A stretch of 64,000 nucleotides of DNA from Eledone cirrhosa (taxonomy: Eukaryota). The stretch covers positions 44,764,001 through 44,828,000 of the forward strand of contig OZ024749.1 of assembly GCA_964016885.1 (NCBI GenBank), in the 5' to 3' direction. Positions 1 through 11,743 of the stretch are shown here, one piece after another. Position 1 is the first letter of the stretch; the number at the start of each line of letters is the position of its first letter. Both the position numbers and the translations under genes were made by a program. The notes under the pieces were generated by a model. The model made no database searches. It was not told where the DNA came from and worked only from the letters and a program-made list of their open reading frames with translations.

Positions 1-237
1 TTGAATGTTTGTATATACACACACACACACATATATATAAATATATACACACACACTGGAACTCTTTTAACCATCTTTTGATCTTATATATATATATATA
101 AAACATGAGGAGAAAGAAGAATACTGCGTGGTTTGCACATGGATTACATATGATAAAAATAGTCCTTCGTCAGTGATTTACCAACCATCATTGGTATTTC
201 ATCGTATTATATATATATATATTTATTTATTTATTTA

Positions 238-275
<38 letters not shown>

Positions 276-285
276 TAGATAAATA

Positions 286-700
286 TATGTATGGGTCTGA
301 GACTTGGACACTGACCAAGAGACTCACTCAGATGGTGGATGGGTGCTACACGAGAATGCTGAGGATGGCTCTGAACATTAATCAGTATACACTGAGGATG
401 AAAAACTCAGAGCTGTATGGGAGCATCCCAAAAGTCAGCTCAAAAGTGACACAGAGAAGACTGAGGTTGGCTGGACATGCTCACCGACATCCAGAGTTGA
501 CATTGCACTCAGTACTCCTTTGGGAGCCCCTATATGAACACACTTGAAGAGGAAGACCAAGGTTAACATATGTTGATGCCCTAAGGACAGACACTGGTCT
601 GTTGGAGATGCAGGATATGGCAGCGATAATGAGGGACAGAGACCGCTGGAGAGAACTCGTCCATGGATCTCGGGAATTTTACCCGCCTTAGATAGATAGA
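286..700 (+). mobile_element. 5'-truncated non-LTR retrotransposon 3' end (RTE-like ORF2 C-terminus), frameshifted pseudogene
   Basis: Translation MYGSETWTLTKRLTQMVDGCYTRMLRMALNI...RRLRLAGHAHRHPEL...LLWEP continues in other frames as RGRPRLTYV...MRDRDRWRELV. These are typical post-RT C-terminal motifs of RTE-type LINEs. The fragment ends in a (TAGA)n tail. Confidence 0.85.
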
Positions 701-717
701 TATATATATATACATAC

Positions 718-915
718 AAAAGTTCTATTTAAATTGTTGGGACCTTCCAACAATAATGGTGCATTTTTTAAGGGTATGTCAATATTTATTTATAAAACTG
801 ATCTATATTATATTTTGTCTGATGAAAGCACACCATAATTTAACTTGGTGTCCTTGAAATATGTATAATGAAATAAATATGGTTTTATAAATATAGTTTC
901 CATTTGTTAATATCG
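718..915. mobile_element. Hammerhead-bearing TA-embedded element, family D (PLE-like)
   Basis: Shares sequence with 19215-19462 and 47138-47403; flanked by TA-rich microsatellite; contains the hammerhead at 813-873. Confidence 0.7.
813..873 (+). ncRNA. Minimal type I hammerhead ribozyme motif (family D)
   Basis: ttttgt-CTGATGA-aagcacacca..tggtgtcctt-GAAA-tatgta-TA-atgaaa; stem I pairs with G-U wobbles. Confidence 0.6.
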
Positions 916-945
916 TATATATATATAGATATATTTATCTATCTT

Positions 946-1050
946 TAGGAAAATAGTCAGGTCCCCGACGGCTGAGCTCCGACCGTTTCGACAGATAGAT
1001 GCGAACTCGTGCGTTATGGTCCACCTGGTTTCTAACAAAACTTTCTTTGC
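946..1050 (+). mobile_element. Family A element, internally deleted (one arm plus tail)
   Basis: ccccgacggctgagctcc...gtttcgac is joined to the tail gtgcgttatggtccacctggtttc, then (TA)n. Confidence 0.7.
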
Positions 1051-1194
1051 TATATATATACACATATAAATACACACATGCGCGGACACCCCCCCCCCCC
1101 CCCCCCCACACACGCACATACATACACATACACACACACACGCAAACACACACACACACGCACACACATATATAGTTTATTAAGGAGTCCAGAA

Positions 1195-1322
1195 ATGTGA
1201 TGAAATATCGATCTCATCGCGATTGATCGATACCGATCCTATCTTGAGCTGATCAATCACGAAACGCGCGTCAAACGGGAATATAGACAATGGTGCTATA
1301 CAGATACCTCGTACAAACTCCT
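1195..1322 (+). mobile_element. Degenerate hammerhead 3' half (family L)
   Basis: Stem gattgatc/gatcaatc followed by GAAA-cgcgcg (palindrome)-TC at 1261-1272; no intact CUGANGA box; TA-flanked. Confidence 0.45.
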
Positions 1323-1424
1323 TATATATGTATATATATATACACACATATATATATGTATATATATATATATATATGCATTTATATATATATATATATG
1401 TGTGTGTATATATATATATATGTA

Positions 1425-1463
<39 letters not shown>

Positions 1464-1863
1464 ATATCTATCTATATATATATATATATATATATAACTA
1501 TATATGTGGGGATATGAGCGTGATTTTATAGTATGAGATACGAATGGAACTAGAGACGGAGCATCAATTTCTTGAGACAATCATGGTGACAGCGTGATAT
1601 GGCTTTGCAAATATTCTCCTCTGACCACAGACCACATAGACGACGTTGGCTGGGATAGAATCCTGTTAAGAATAAAACAAAAGTAAACGTATCTTCTAAA
1701 AGAAATATAACAGTTTGCTTGTCCATTAACAGGATTAGCTGACTAGAACTTAAAGTAGTATAGCTTCAATTTTCCTAGATGCTTGACTACGTAAACAGCT
1801 GGAGAGACGAGTAAATAGGATTCTCAGAAAGAAGCTGTACTATGCATCAATGCAATACATCCA

Positions 1864-1981
<118 letters not shown>

Positions 1982-2189
1982 TTGATAGATATATAGATAG
2001 ATATATTTATGTATGTATATATATATATATTATTATACACAGGGATTCCCTCTCAAATTCGCCATTGTCAATGTCAATTTCCTCATCTTTAATTTGAGAT
2101 ATGTTATGTTACTGAAGGATTGTGAGATTCTTTTTAATATGAAGAAAAACTATTGATATCAACGGTTACTTGTAACTGATTTTTTAAAA

Positions 2190-2375
2190 ATAATTATTTC
2201 TACTTTTGGCACAAGGCCAGCAATTATTCCAGTGTATTACTGGTACTTTATTTTATAGACCCCTTAAGGATGAAAGGCAAAGTTAACCTCGGCGGGATTT
2301 GAACACAGTCCGTAAAGGGGCGTAACTGTGCTGCACAGCATGCCGTGCGACCCTCCACCGATATCGCCAATCCAA
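2190..2375 (-). mobile_element. tRNA-derived SINE (family S1)
   Basis: Reverse complement of the S1 consensus: A-box tggcagtatcggtaga, B-box gagttcaaatccc, core gaggttaactttgcctttcatccttacggggtcgataaaataaagtacc, tail ggccttgtgccaaaagtagaaacaattat. Confidence 0.85.
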
Positions 2376-2709
2376 AAATCATGTAAATGTGTTCTATATA
2401 ACATAGTATATAGATTTACCTGTAAGGAGATTATGGCATTGCGGGATATTACAATTTCTTTATAGAAAATGTTTTAACCTTTGCAAAACATTAAGATATT
2501 AACATTTTTTCACAAGTCTTCGACATTTAATCATTGATTTAAATAATTATTCTTTATAAAAACAAAATCTAACGACCAAAATGAAATTGATGATGAAGAA
2601 GTTAAGGTGGATAATATAGAATTTGAGGCAGAAAGCAAGTATATGCATACATTACAAATTACACAAACACACGCACACCTACACGCCCAACCACACATAA
2701 ACACACACA

Positions 2710-2769
<60 letters not shown>

Positions 2770-2770
<1 letters not shown>

Positions 2771-2957
2771 CGAGGGAAAATTGGTAAGGAACCAGGTGGA
2801 CCATAACGCACCAAAGTACTCAATACTTAGGGTAGTAGAGTGGGTAATAGGAGTAAGTAAGACCCCGACGGCTGAGCTCAAGCCGTTTCGACGGCTAATT
2901 CTGTACAGAATTAGCCGTCGAAACGGCTTGAGCTCAGCCGTCGGGGTCTTACTTACT

Positions 2958-2962
<5 letters not shown>
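2770..2962 (-). mobile_element. Family A fold-back element (hammerhead 3' half in palindrome plus tail)
   Basis: Perfect 116-bp palindrome 2847-2962 centred at 2904/2905; single-copy tail 2770-2846; (TA)n on both sides; GAAAC-ggc-ttgagctca-gcc-GTC stem III and cleavage motif. Confidence 0.8.
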
Positions 2963-2994
<32 letters not shown>

Positions 2995-2998
<4 letters not shown>

Positions 2999-3169
2999 GG
3001 AAGCCACAAACAGGGGCAATCACTTCTTCAGTTGTTTGTAGGAGATCACGGACATGCGTTGAAATATCCGTGATCTCCAGCAGACAACTGAAGAAGGGAT
3101 TGTCCCACACTGGTGCTTTCCTTTTATTTTTAAATACACATTATCAAGTAACCACACAGTCCCCTGTTT

Positions 3170-3172
<3 letters not shown>
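2995..3172 (+). mobile_element. Family M fold-back element (imperfect palindrome plus tail)
   Basis: Arms about 2995-3052 and 3067-3124. The tail tcaagtaaccacacagtcccctgtttctta recurs inverted at 59712-59752. TA-flanked; no clear hammerhead. Confidence 0.6.
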
Positions 3173-3262
<90 letters not shown>

Positions 3263-3308
3263 GGAGAGAGAGAGGTGGAGAGAGAGAGAGAGAGAGAGCG
3301 AGAGCGAG

Positions 3309-3374
<66 letters not shown>

Positions 3375-3711
3375 CAGTGTTCAAATGATCTATTCCAGAG
3401 ATGTATGCCTGTTGCGCTCCTTTATTTGCCTAACCCAAGTGTATGCCTATTAAGCAATCCACTCCGATTGCAGGATTTCTTAATCAACGAAGGAGAGTGT
3501 AGAGCTATAGTATCATTAAATATCAAAGTTTTACATGAAAAAATGTCGTCTGCTTTCTTCTTCGGCCAGCTCATCAGAGAAGAAGTTAAATTCTGGGGCA
3601 GAATCGAACTCTAGTGGCTTCAATAAGTTTACTTTAGAAATGCATACACGCTGCGGCCAATCCTTTGTAATTGAGTCGTATACACCAAAAAGGAAGTTTG
3701 AAACGCTCTGA

Positions 3712-3764
<53 letters not shown>

Positions 3765-3902
3765 CATACACAAATACAGACGCACACAGAAGGAAGACAT
3801 ATGTATGCATATATATATCTACATGCGTACAAACGTAACATATACACATATGGACACACTGACAAATATATATACATACATGCATATATATATATGTATA
3901 TA

Positions 3903-3940
<38 letters not shown>

Positions 3941-4088
3941 TATATATATACATATATATATATATATGAGTGTGTGTGTATATATATATATATCTACATG
4001 CGTACAAACGAAACATATACACATATGGACACACTCACAAATACACACACACACACAGACACACACACACATGTGCCTCTGTAGATGC

Positions 4089-4133
<45 letters not shown>

Positions 4134-4162
4134 TCTACAGTGGCACATATACAAAACGGATT

Positions 4163-4200
<38 letters not shown>

Positions 4201-4275
4201 GTGTGTGCGTGTGAGGCAGTCAGTGAATCCGTTTTGTATATGTGCCTCTGTAGATGTGTGTATTATATATATATA

Positions 4276-4371
<96 letters not shown>

Positions 4372-4746
4372 CATTTACACACATGTCGCGCGCTCTGATA
4401 TATACGTGTGCTTGATAATTGGGTTGAGGTTTATAAACCTTCGGACATTGCGCCAACGCAGCTGGTGGTCGTTTTTAGTAGCTTTGCATTGAATATTGCT
4501 GTCCTTGTGTCTTTGCTTTGCTGGCAACGGATCGAAACTAACGTGAATTCTAATTATATATCTAACTGTTTAGTACTGGATCCGTTATACTTTTCGGCAG
4601 TTTTCCAATGTCCCACCGCTAAGAGCTGGCGATTTGTTCATCGTTAAATTGACTGCAAAGGCCCTGCGTACATAATTATATATACATATATACATATATA
4701 AATATATAAATACGTAGATATATACATATATTCAGGCATAGATATG

Positions 4747-4793
<47 letters not shown>

Positions 4794-4916
4794 ACACACA
4801 TAAATACATGCATTCATACACTAATAGATATGTATTTATATAAATACATATATGAACGTCTTCCTATATACAATAATAATTACGAACATACACACGAATT
4901 TATATACATACATGCA

Positions 4917-4986
<70 letters not shown>

Positions 4987-5038
4987 TGTATAGAGGCATA
5001 ACTATACAAACATATGCGCACAATAATACGCGCGCGCG

Positions 5039-5039
<1 letters not shown>

Positions 5040-5074
<35 letters not shown>

Positions 5075-5125
5075 CTTACCTACCTACATACATATATACA
5101 TAAATACATACATATATTCTTACAT

Positions 5126-5162
<37 letters not shown>

Positions 5163-5271
5163 GTAATAATAATAAATTTGAAGACTAAAATATGTATATA
5201 TACTTACCTATCTACATACATATATACATAAATACATACATATATTCTTACATACATACACACACATACAT

Positions 5272-5322
<51 letters not shown>

Positions 5323-5477
5323 CTTACTTACCTACATACATATATACATAAATACATACATATATTCTTACATACATACACACACACATATATATATATA
5401 TATACTTACCTACCTACATACATATATACATAAATACATACATATATTCTTACATACATACACACACAAACATACAT

Positions 5478-5500
<23 letters not shown>
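5040..5500. repeat. Compound minisatellite, 4 copies of tacttacctacctacatacatatatacataaatacatacatatattcttacatac(ac)n(at)n
   Basis: Unit repeated at about 5073, 5201, 5321 and 5403. Confidence 0.8.
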
Positions 5501-5509
<9 letters not shown>

Positions 5510-5756
5510 GTGTGTGTTACATCAATAGGAGGAGTTTCGAGTTATTTCTATGCAATACTTAAACCTTTTCCAAACCCACATTTGTTATATTCCACACCAC
5601 ATAATTTCATTTTCCCATCCTACGTGCTTTTCTTTCCTCTCACGGAAACCCATGTATTTATGGTGAAAATCTACTTACATCAGCGTTTGAATTCATGTTG
5701 TCTAGATAGTTCTGTAAGCAAATTAATTTTCGAAATGCCTCCATGAATATTCGACA

Positions 5757-6135
5757 ATTGGCTGTATGGGTAGAGGGTCTGACGCCATGCTTTGCATCAA
5801 AGAGTTACGGCCTTTTATGGTCTGATTTCAAATCCCAGCGAGGTTAACTTTGCCTTTGATCTTACAGGGTCGATAAAATAAAGTACCAGTAATGTACTGC
5901 GTTATTGCTGGCATTGTGCCAAAAGTAGAAATAATTATATTATTTCAATTGGCAGTTATCGGTAGAGCGTCAGACTCCATGCTTTGCAGCATAGAGTTAT
6001 GGCCCTTTACGTTATGAGTTCAAATCCTGCTGGGGTTAACTTTGCCTTACATCCTCACGGGGTCGATAAATAAAGTACCAGTAATAAACTGTGATAATTG
6101 CTGGCCTTGTGCCAAAAGTAGAAAAAATTATATTA
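5757..6135 (+). mobile_element. Two head-to-tail S1 SINEs
   Basis: S1 consensus matches at 5757-5940 and 5947-6135. Confidence 0.85.
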
Positions 6136-6172
6136 TATTGCATTTGTATTTATATTGATCAGTTCTATTAAA

Positions 6173-6988
6173 TACTAGCAGAATGGCCCGGCGTTGCTCG
6201 GGATTCTAAACATAGATTGGCATGTTTATCCCTCATTTCTGAAACAGTACAGAGAAGTACGGAATACCTCGGTCTCGGGATGGTGTCTACATTTTGTGCT
6301 TATAAAAAAATTCTTCGTAGATTACCAGGGTTTTTTTTCCCGTGCGAAGAAAATCAATACTTTATCGCGAAATAAATAATTTTGTTTATATTTTGTTATT
6401 CTGTATGCAAACATATCTGTACACGAATATATAATTATATACATATATATATATTAAAATAACAGATTAAAGTTTAAGCAAAGAATCGCTGCTTTCACCC
6501 TTAAAGGGATCTTCTGAAACTAAAAACATCAATATGTGAACGCAGAAGTAAATATTTCGAAAAACATTACACACTATATATATATACACACACTATATAT
6601 AGATATATACACACATGCACATATAGCGTCATAATTGTTTCTACTTTTGGCACAAGGCCAGCAATTAGCCAATGGTACTTTATTCTATCGACCCCGGAAG
6701 GATGAAAGGCAAAGTTAACCTCGGTCGTAATGCAGACAGATATTATAAGGGCGCAACGTTATATCTAGGTATCTATCTAAAAAGAAAGACTAAGAATTAT
6801 ATAGAGAGATCGCTAAATCGTCTAATGCGGTCCCTTCGGCATTGACAATTTGAAATATTTTTTGCTCAAAACACTCACAGGACCATACGTATTACCTGTG
6901 TAAAGTTTGAAAAATATCGGTAGGGTGGTTCTCGAGTTTTAGGCAGTCAGATAGACAGACATACATTGTCTGTTTTAGATATATAGAT
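6173..6988 (+). mobile_element. Non-autonomous Helitron/Helentron-associated element (Lep1/DINE-1-like) with nested fragments
   Basis: 5' end TACTAGCAGAATGGCCCGGCGTTGCTCGGG and 3' end aaagtttgaaaaatatcgg...gttctcgagtt...gacagacatacatt...tttagatatatagat resemble Lep1-type termini. Nested: a family G fragment (6454-6520) and an S1 fragment (6631-6725). Confidence 0.6.
6454..6520 (-). mobile_element. Family G hammerhead remnant
   Basis: Minus strand: gttt-CAGAAGA (one core change)-tccc..ggg-GAAA-gca..tgc-TT-aaac; homologous to 43145-43300. Confidence 0.5.
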
Positions 6989-7105
6989 AATTGTTTCTAC
7001 TTTTAGGCACAAGGCCAGCAATTATCCAGTGAATTACTGGTACTTTATTTTATCGACCACGTAAGGATAAAAGGCAAAGTCAACCTCGGCTGGATTTGAA
7101 CTCAA
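6988..7105 (-). mobile_element. S1 SINE, 3' part
   Basis: S1 core and tail, reverse complement. Confidence 0.8.
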
Positions 7106-7591
7106 ATGAAGTATATATTGTCATTAAAAAAATAATAATAATGACGATGATGACGACGAAGTCAACACTGACGATGGTGTTGTATCATAAACATAGCACG
7201 TGTGAGGGCGTTAGCTTCAAACGAATGCATGAGGGATGTTTGTGAACTGCCCTCATCTCTGGAAATGTGCGGCTTACATAAATGAGAAATAAAGAGTAAT
7301 GACAAAAAGTTTCAGTTATTTTGACATTCAAATACTATTAAAAAAACTATCTGATACTACGTGATTCTCTGTGTTTTTCAGAGATATTTTTTACTTTCTT
7401 TTATATATAGGGATTTTGTGTGTTTGCATGCATGTATGTGTATGCGATAAACAAACCACACACACACACACACACACACATATATACACACACACACACA
7501 TACACATACATGCATACATGCATACATACATACATACATACATACATACATACATACATACATACATACAAACATACATATACATACATAC

Positions 7592-7635
<44 letters not shown>

Positions 7636-7639
<4 letters not shown>

Positions 7640-7828
7640 TTAATATAGATGAGATTCTACAGGACTAGAACTGTTTCATTCTTTAGAAATCATCAGGATT
7701 TCTGATGATTTCTAAAGAATGAAACAGTTCTAGTCCTGTAGAATCTCATCTATATTAAAACTTTTATACTCTGCAATGTATTGAGTACCTTACTTACTGT
7801 GGTTACCTCCGATTCAACCCAGAATAAC

Positions 7829-7832
<4 letters not shown>
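7636..7832 (+). mobile_element. Family B fold-back hammerhead element
   Basis: Perfect 61-bp arms 7636-7696 and 7702-7762 with a 5-nt loop; tail 7763-7832; (TA)n on both sides; homologues at 43871 and 58195. Confidence 0.8.
7697..7745 (+). ncRNA. Type I hammerhead ribozyme motif (family B)
   Basis: gattt-CTGATGA-tttctaaagaat-GAAA-cag..ctg-TA-gaatc; stems I and III pair, stem II is weak; predicted cut after 7740 (GUA). Confidence 0.65.
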
Positions 7833-7892
<60 letters not shown>

Positions 7893-7968
7893 AGCTGATC
7901 TACAAACCATGTTCACAAGGCGTTTGTCAACTGAAGGGGCTGCAGTAGTGGACACTGATCTAACTATG

Positions 7969-7999
<31 letters not shown>

Positions 8000-8164
8000 G
8001 TATGTATATATATTTATGTATGTATATATATATGTATGTATATATATGTGTATGTATAGATATGTATATATATGTATACATATATATATATATGTATATA
8101 TATGTATATATATGTATATATATGTATGTATATATGTATGTATGTATATATATATGTATGTATG

Positions 8165-8231
<67 letters not shown>

Positions 8232-8610
8232 TTAGTTATTCGTATATCTATGGCTGACTGTGACTGTGTTTGCGCTTGTATATGTAGGGCGTGTATTTTA
8301 CTGTTGACTAAGATAAAAATAATTTACATGAGTGCATAGGTAGTGCTTTACCGAGATAACGCCACCACACCCCAAAATATAAAGAGATATACAACTTCAA
8401 CCACGCCAATAATTGTAATTTTTTCTTTAATAGTCTCAGGGGTACTCATGAGCGGAAATTCGAACACTCAGTAATAAGCGGTCCCGGTATTTTAATGTAT
8501 CGACTGGGTTTGAAATATAGTACATGCAAACCTCTAAATATATGTATGTATGTGTGTATGCATGCATCTATATACGTACGTACGTACATATATATGCATA
8601 TATATATATA

Positions 8611-8663
<53 letters not shown>

Positions 8664-8702
8664 AACATATATACATACATATATATATATACATGTATAT
8701 AT

Positions 8703-8891
<189 letters not shown>

Positions 8892-9318
8892 TGTGCAGCA
8901 GACGGTCGCATAGATTGTCACCGTCATGTTTGTAAATTGTTAAATCACGTATATATATTGAAAATATTTGTCCTAGCAATCAGTATGTCACGAGCGATAT
9001 GTTTTAGAGAACACCCGAATGCTTACCCCACAGACTGACCATCTGTGTATTTCAAATCTATATTTCTGCTCTAGCCGAGTGTTCTCATGGGATTAACACA
9101 TGCAGATGTGATAGTTATTTTTGTATTTTTAATCTACTTAATGGCTTCAATATGCTAATGATCTTCAAATTTGAAATGAAAATACCACATCTAAACAACG
9201 ATTTAAAAAAAATGTATGATTAAATCTCATTTAAAAGAAATGTACATGTATAAATGTACGTTCCCGATACTCCTTTCTGATATTCTCTCTCCACCACACA
9301 CACACACACACATATACA

Positions 9319-9450
<132 letters not shown>

Positions 9451-9536
9451 TGCGTGTGTGTGTGTGTTTGTTTTTCTAAGTGTTTGTGTATGTGTAAATA
9501 TATATGTATAGTTATATATATATATATATATGTATA

Positions 9537-9580
<44 letters not shown>

Positions 9581-9584
<4 letters not shown>

Positions 9585-10005
9585 GGAGGTGAGTTTTATT
9601 GTAGTACAATAAAGCAATGCAGATATCGGATAAGAAGCACTCTACAGTTTGTGGGACTGGAGTATGCATAATATAAGATCAAAAGATATGGTTAAAGGAG
9701 TTCCATATATTTTATTATGCGCATTTCAAAAACAAACATCATCAAACAATAATATTTGCGTTTTCATCAGATAAAACAGGAGAACATGATATGAAGGCTA
9801 AAAAACACTTGTTGATAGTGCAGTTTTAAATCAACATATGTTGATTTAAAACTGCACTATCAACAAGTGTTTTTTAGCCTTCATATCATGTTCTCCTGTT
9901 TTATCTGATGAAAACGCAAATATTATTGTTTGATGATGTTTGTTTTTGAAATGCGCATAATAAAATATATGGAACTCCTTTAACCATCTTTTGATCTTAT
10001 ATTAT
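9581..10005 (-). mobile_element. Family C fold-back hammerhead element
   Basis: Near-perfect palindrome of about 335 bp (9668-10005) centred on catatg at 9837/9838. The tail 9581-9667 is homologous in reverse to 46988-47075. TA-flanked. Confidence 0.8.
9899..9965 (+). ncRNA. Minimal type I hammerhead ribozyme motif (family C), mirrored on the minus strand at 9710-9776
   Basis: ttttat-CTGATGA-long G-U-rich stem II-GAAA-tgcgca (palindrome)-TA-ataaaa. Confidence 0.75.
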
Positions 10006-10024
10006 ATATATATATATATATATA

Positions 10025-10376
<352 letters not shown>

Positions 10377-10496
10377 TGTATGTGTGTAAAAATTAATTGA
10401 AAAGGGTTGAAATGATGAATGCATATAACATTTCATAAAAGTGTAGGGTTTTCCGTGCAGGGGTAGCTGTGAAAAGCTGATTGCTATGTGCATATA

Positions 10497-10565
<69 letters not shown>

Positions 10566-11074
10566 AAATACTTTCGATAAATGTTTTGTTTCTTGAAAAA
10601 TTTAGTACTCAATATATTAGTACACTCAGGTTCTGGAATGACATGGCTTAGAGCATTGTGTATTTCGTTGCTTTCCTTAGAAATGCGTCTTCATTCAGCT
10701 ATATGCGATATTAAATATGAAATTGATCACACAGACAACAGAATTGATTTGAAAGCAGAGATTAAGTTACAACATTTTATATCCTGCACATGTTTCCTTG
10801 AATAGAACCGTCCTCTTTTGGCAGGCCCACATGCATTTGCATGTTCTATCATTAAAGGCATGTGTAAAATTTGCCCCGAATGAACATTGTCCCAGATACG
10901 CGTCGTATTATATAATAATTGTTGTGATACGATTCAAATTAATTATTTTCAAAAAACACGGCGCCCGTGTTACCAGGGAAACGTTTGTAGGAAATTCAGT
11001 AGTTAATTTGTTCTCTGTTTTTCTATTGTTACATTTATTAATATTAAAATTACATACATACACTCACACATATA

Positions 11075-11234
11075 TAAAAGAAGAAATTAAAAGATGGTTA
11101 AAGAAGTTCCATATCTTAAAAGTTCCATCTTTTAATTTCTTCTTTAATATATACTCCAGTTCTACCAACTGTTGAGTGCTACTTATCTGATATATATGCA
11201 TAGTTATATTGTTCTACAATATTACTCACCTTCT

Positions 11235-11238
<4 letters not shown>
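11075..11238 (+). mobile_element. Family C element with collapsed palindrome centre
   Basis: Residual arms aaagaagaaattaaaagatgg/ccatcttttaatttcttcttt plus an intact family C tail. Confidence 0.75.
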
Positions 11239-11281
<43 letters not shown>

Positions 11282-11687
11282 TATATATTCATAATTTCGT
11301 CTTCACTTCCCTCAAAAGTTTTGAAACTAAATGTACTTTAAACATTCACATGAAATCCGGAATCTCCCCCTTTTCCTGTGAAATATTTCGGAATTCTTCT
11401 CACGTGTTTCACAATAATTTGCATTTCTTCTCTGATCTACCTGATTCTATTACAGGTAACAAATGGATTGAATTTCTAAGACAGCAGGGCGTTTCCGGTT
11501 TAGCTCGAAAGACTTCCATCTTTCATACTAAGATATTTCTCCCTTTCACCATCTCTCTCTCTCCCTCTCTCCCCCCTCTCTCTCTCCCACTCTCTCTCGT
11601 ATATATATAGGGAGAGAGGGAGATAGTGACACAGCGAGTGTGTGTGTATATATATATATATATACATAATATATACATATATATAAA

Positions 11688-11743
<56 letters not shown>

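Noticed and set aside
2847-2962. Palindromes as assembly artefacts or ordinary MITEs
   Set aside because: The same arm-plus-tail layout recurs in many families, several copies have arm mismatches or spacers, and the single-copy tail lies outside the inverted repeat, unlike TIR elements. A read-level check is still advisable.
3372-3712. Possible coding exon (complex sequence with short ORFs on both strands)
   Set aside because: No recognisable protein motif; cannot be supported without a homology search.
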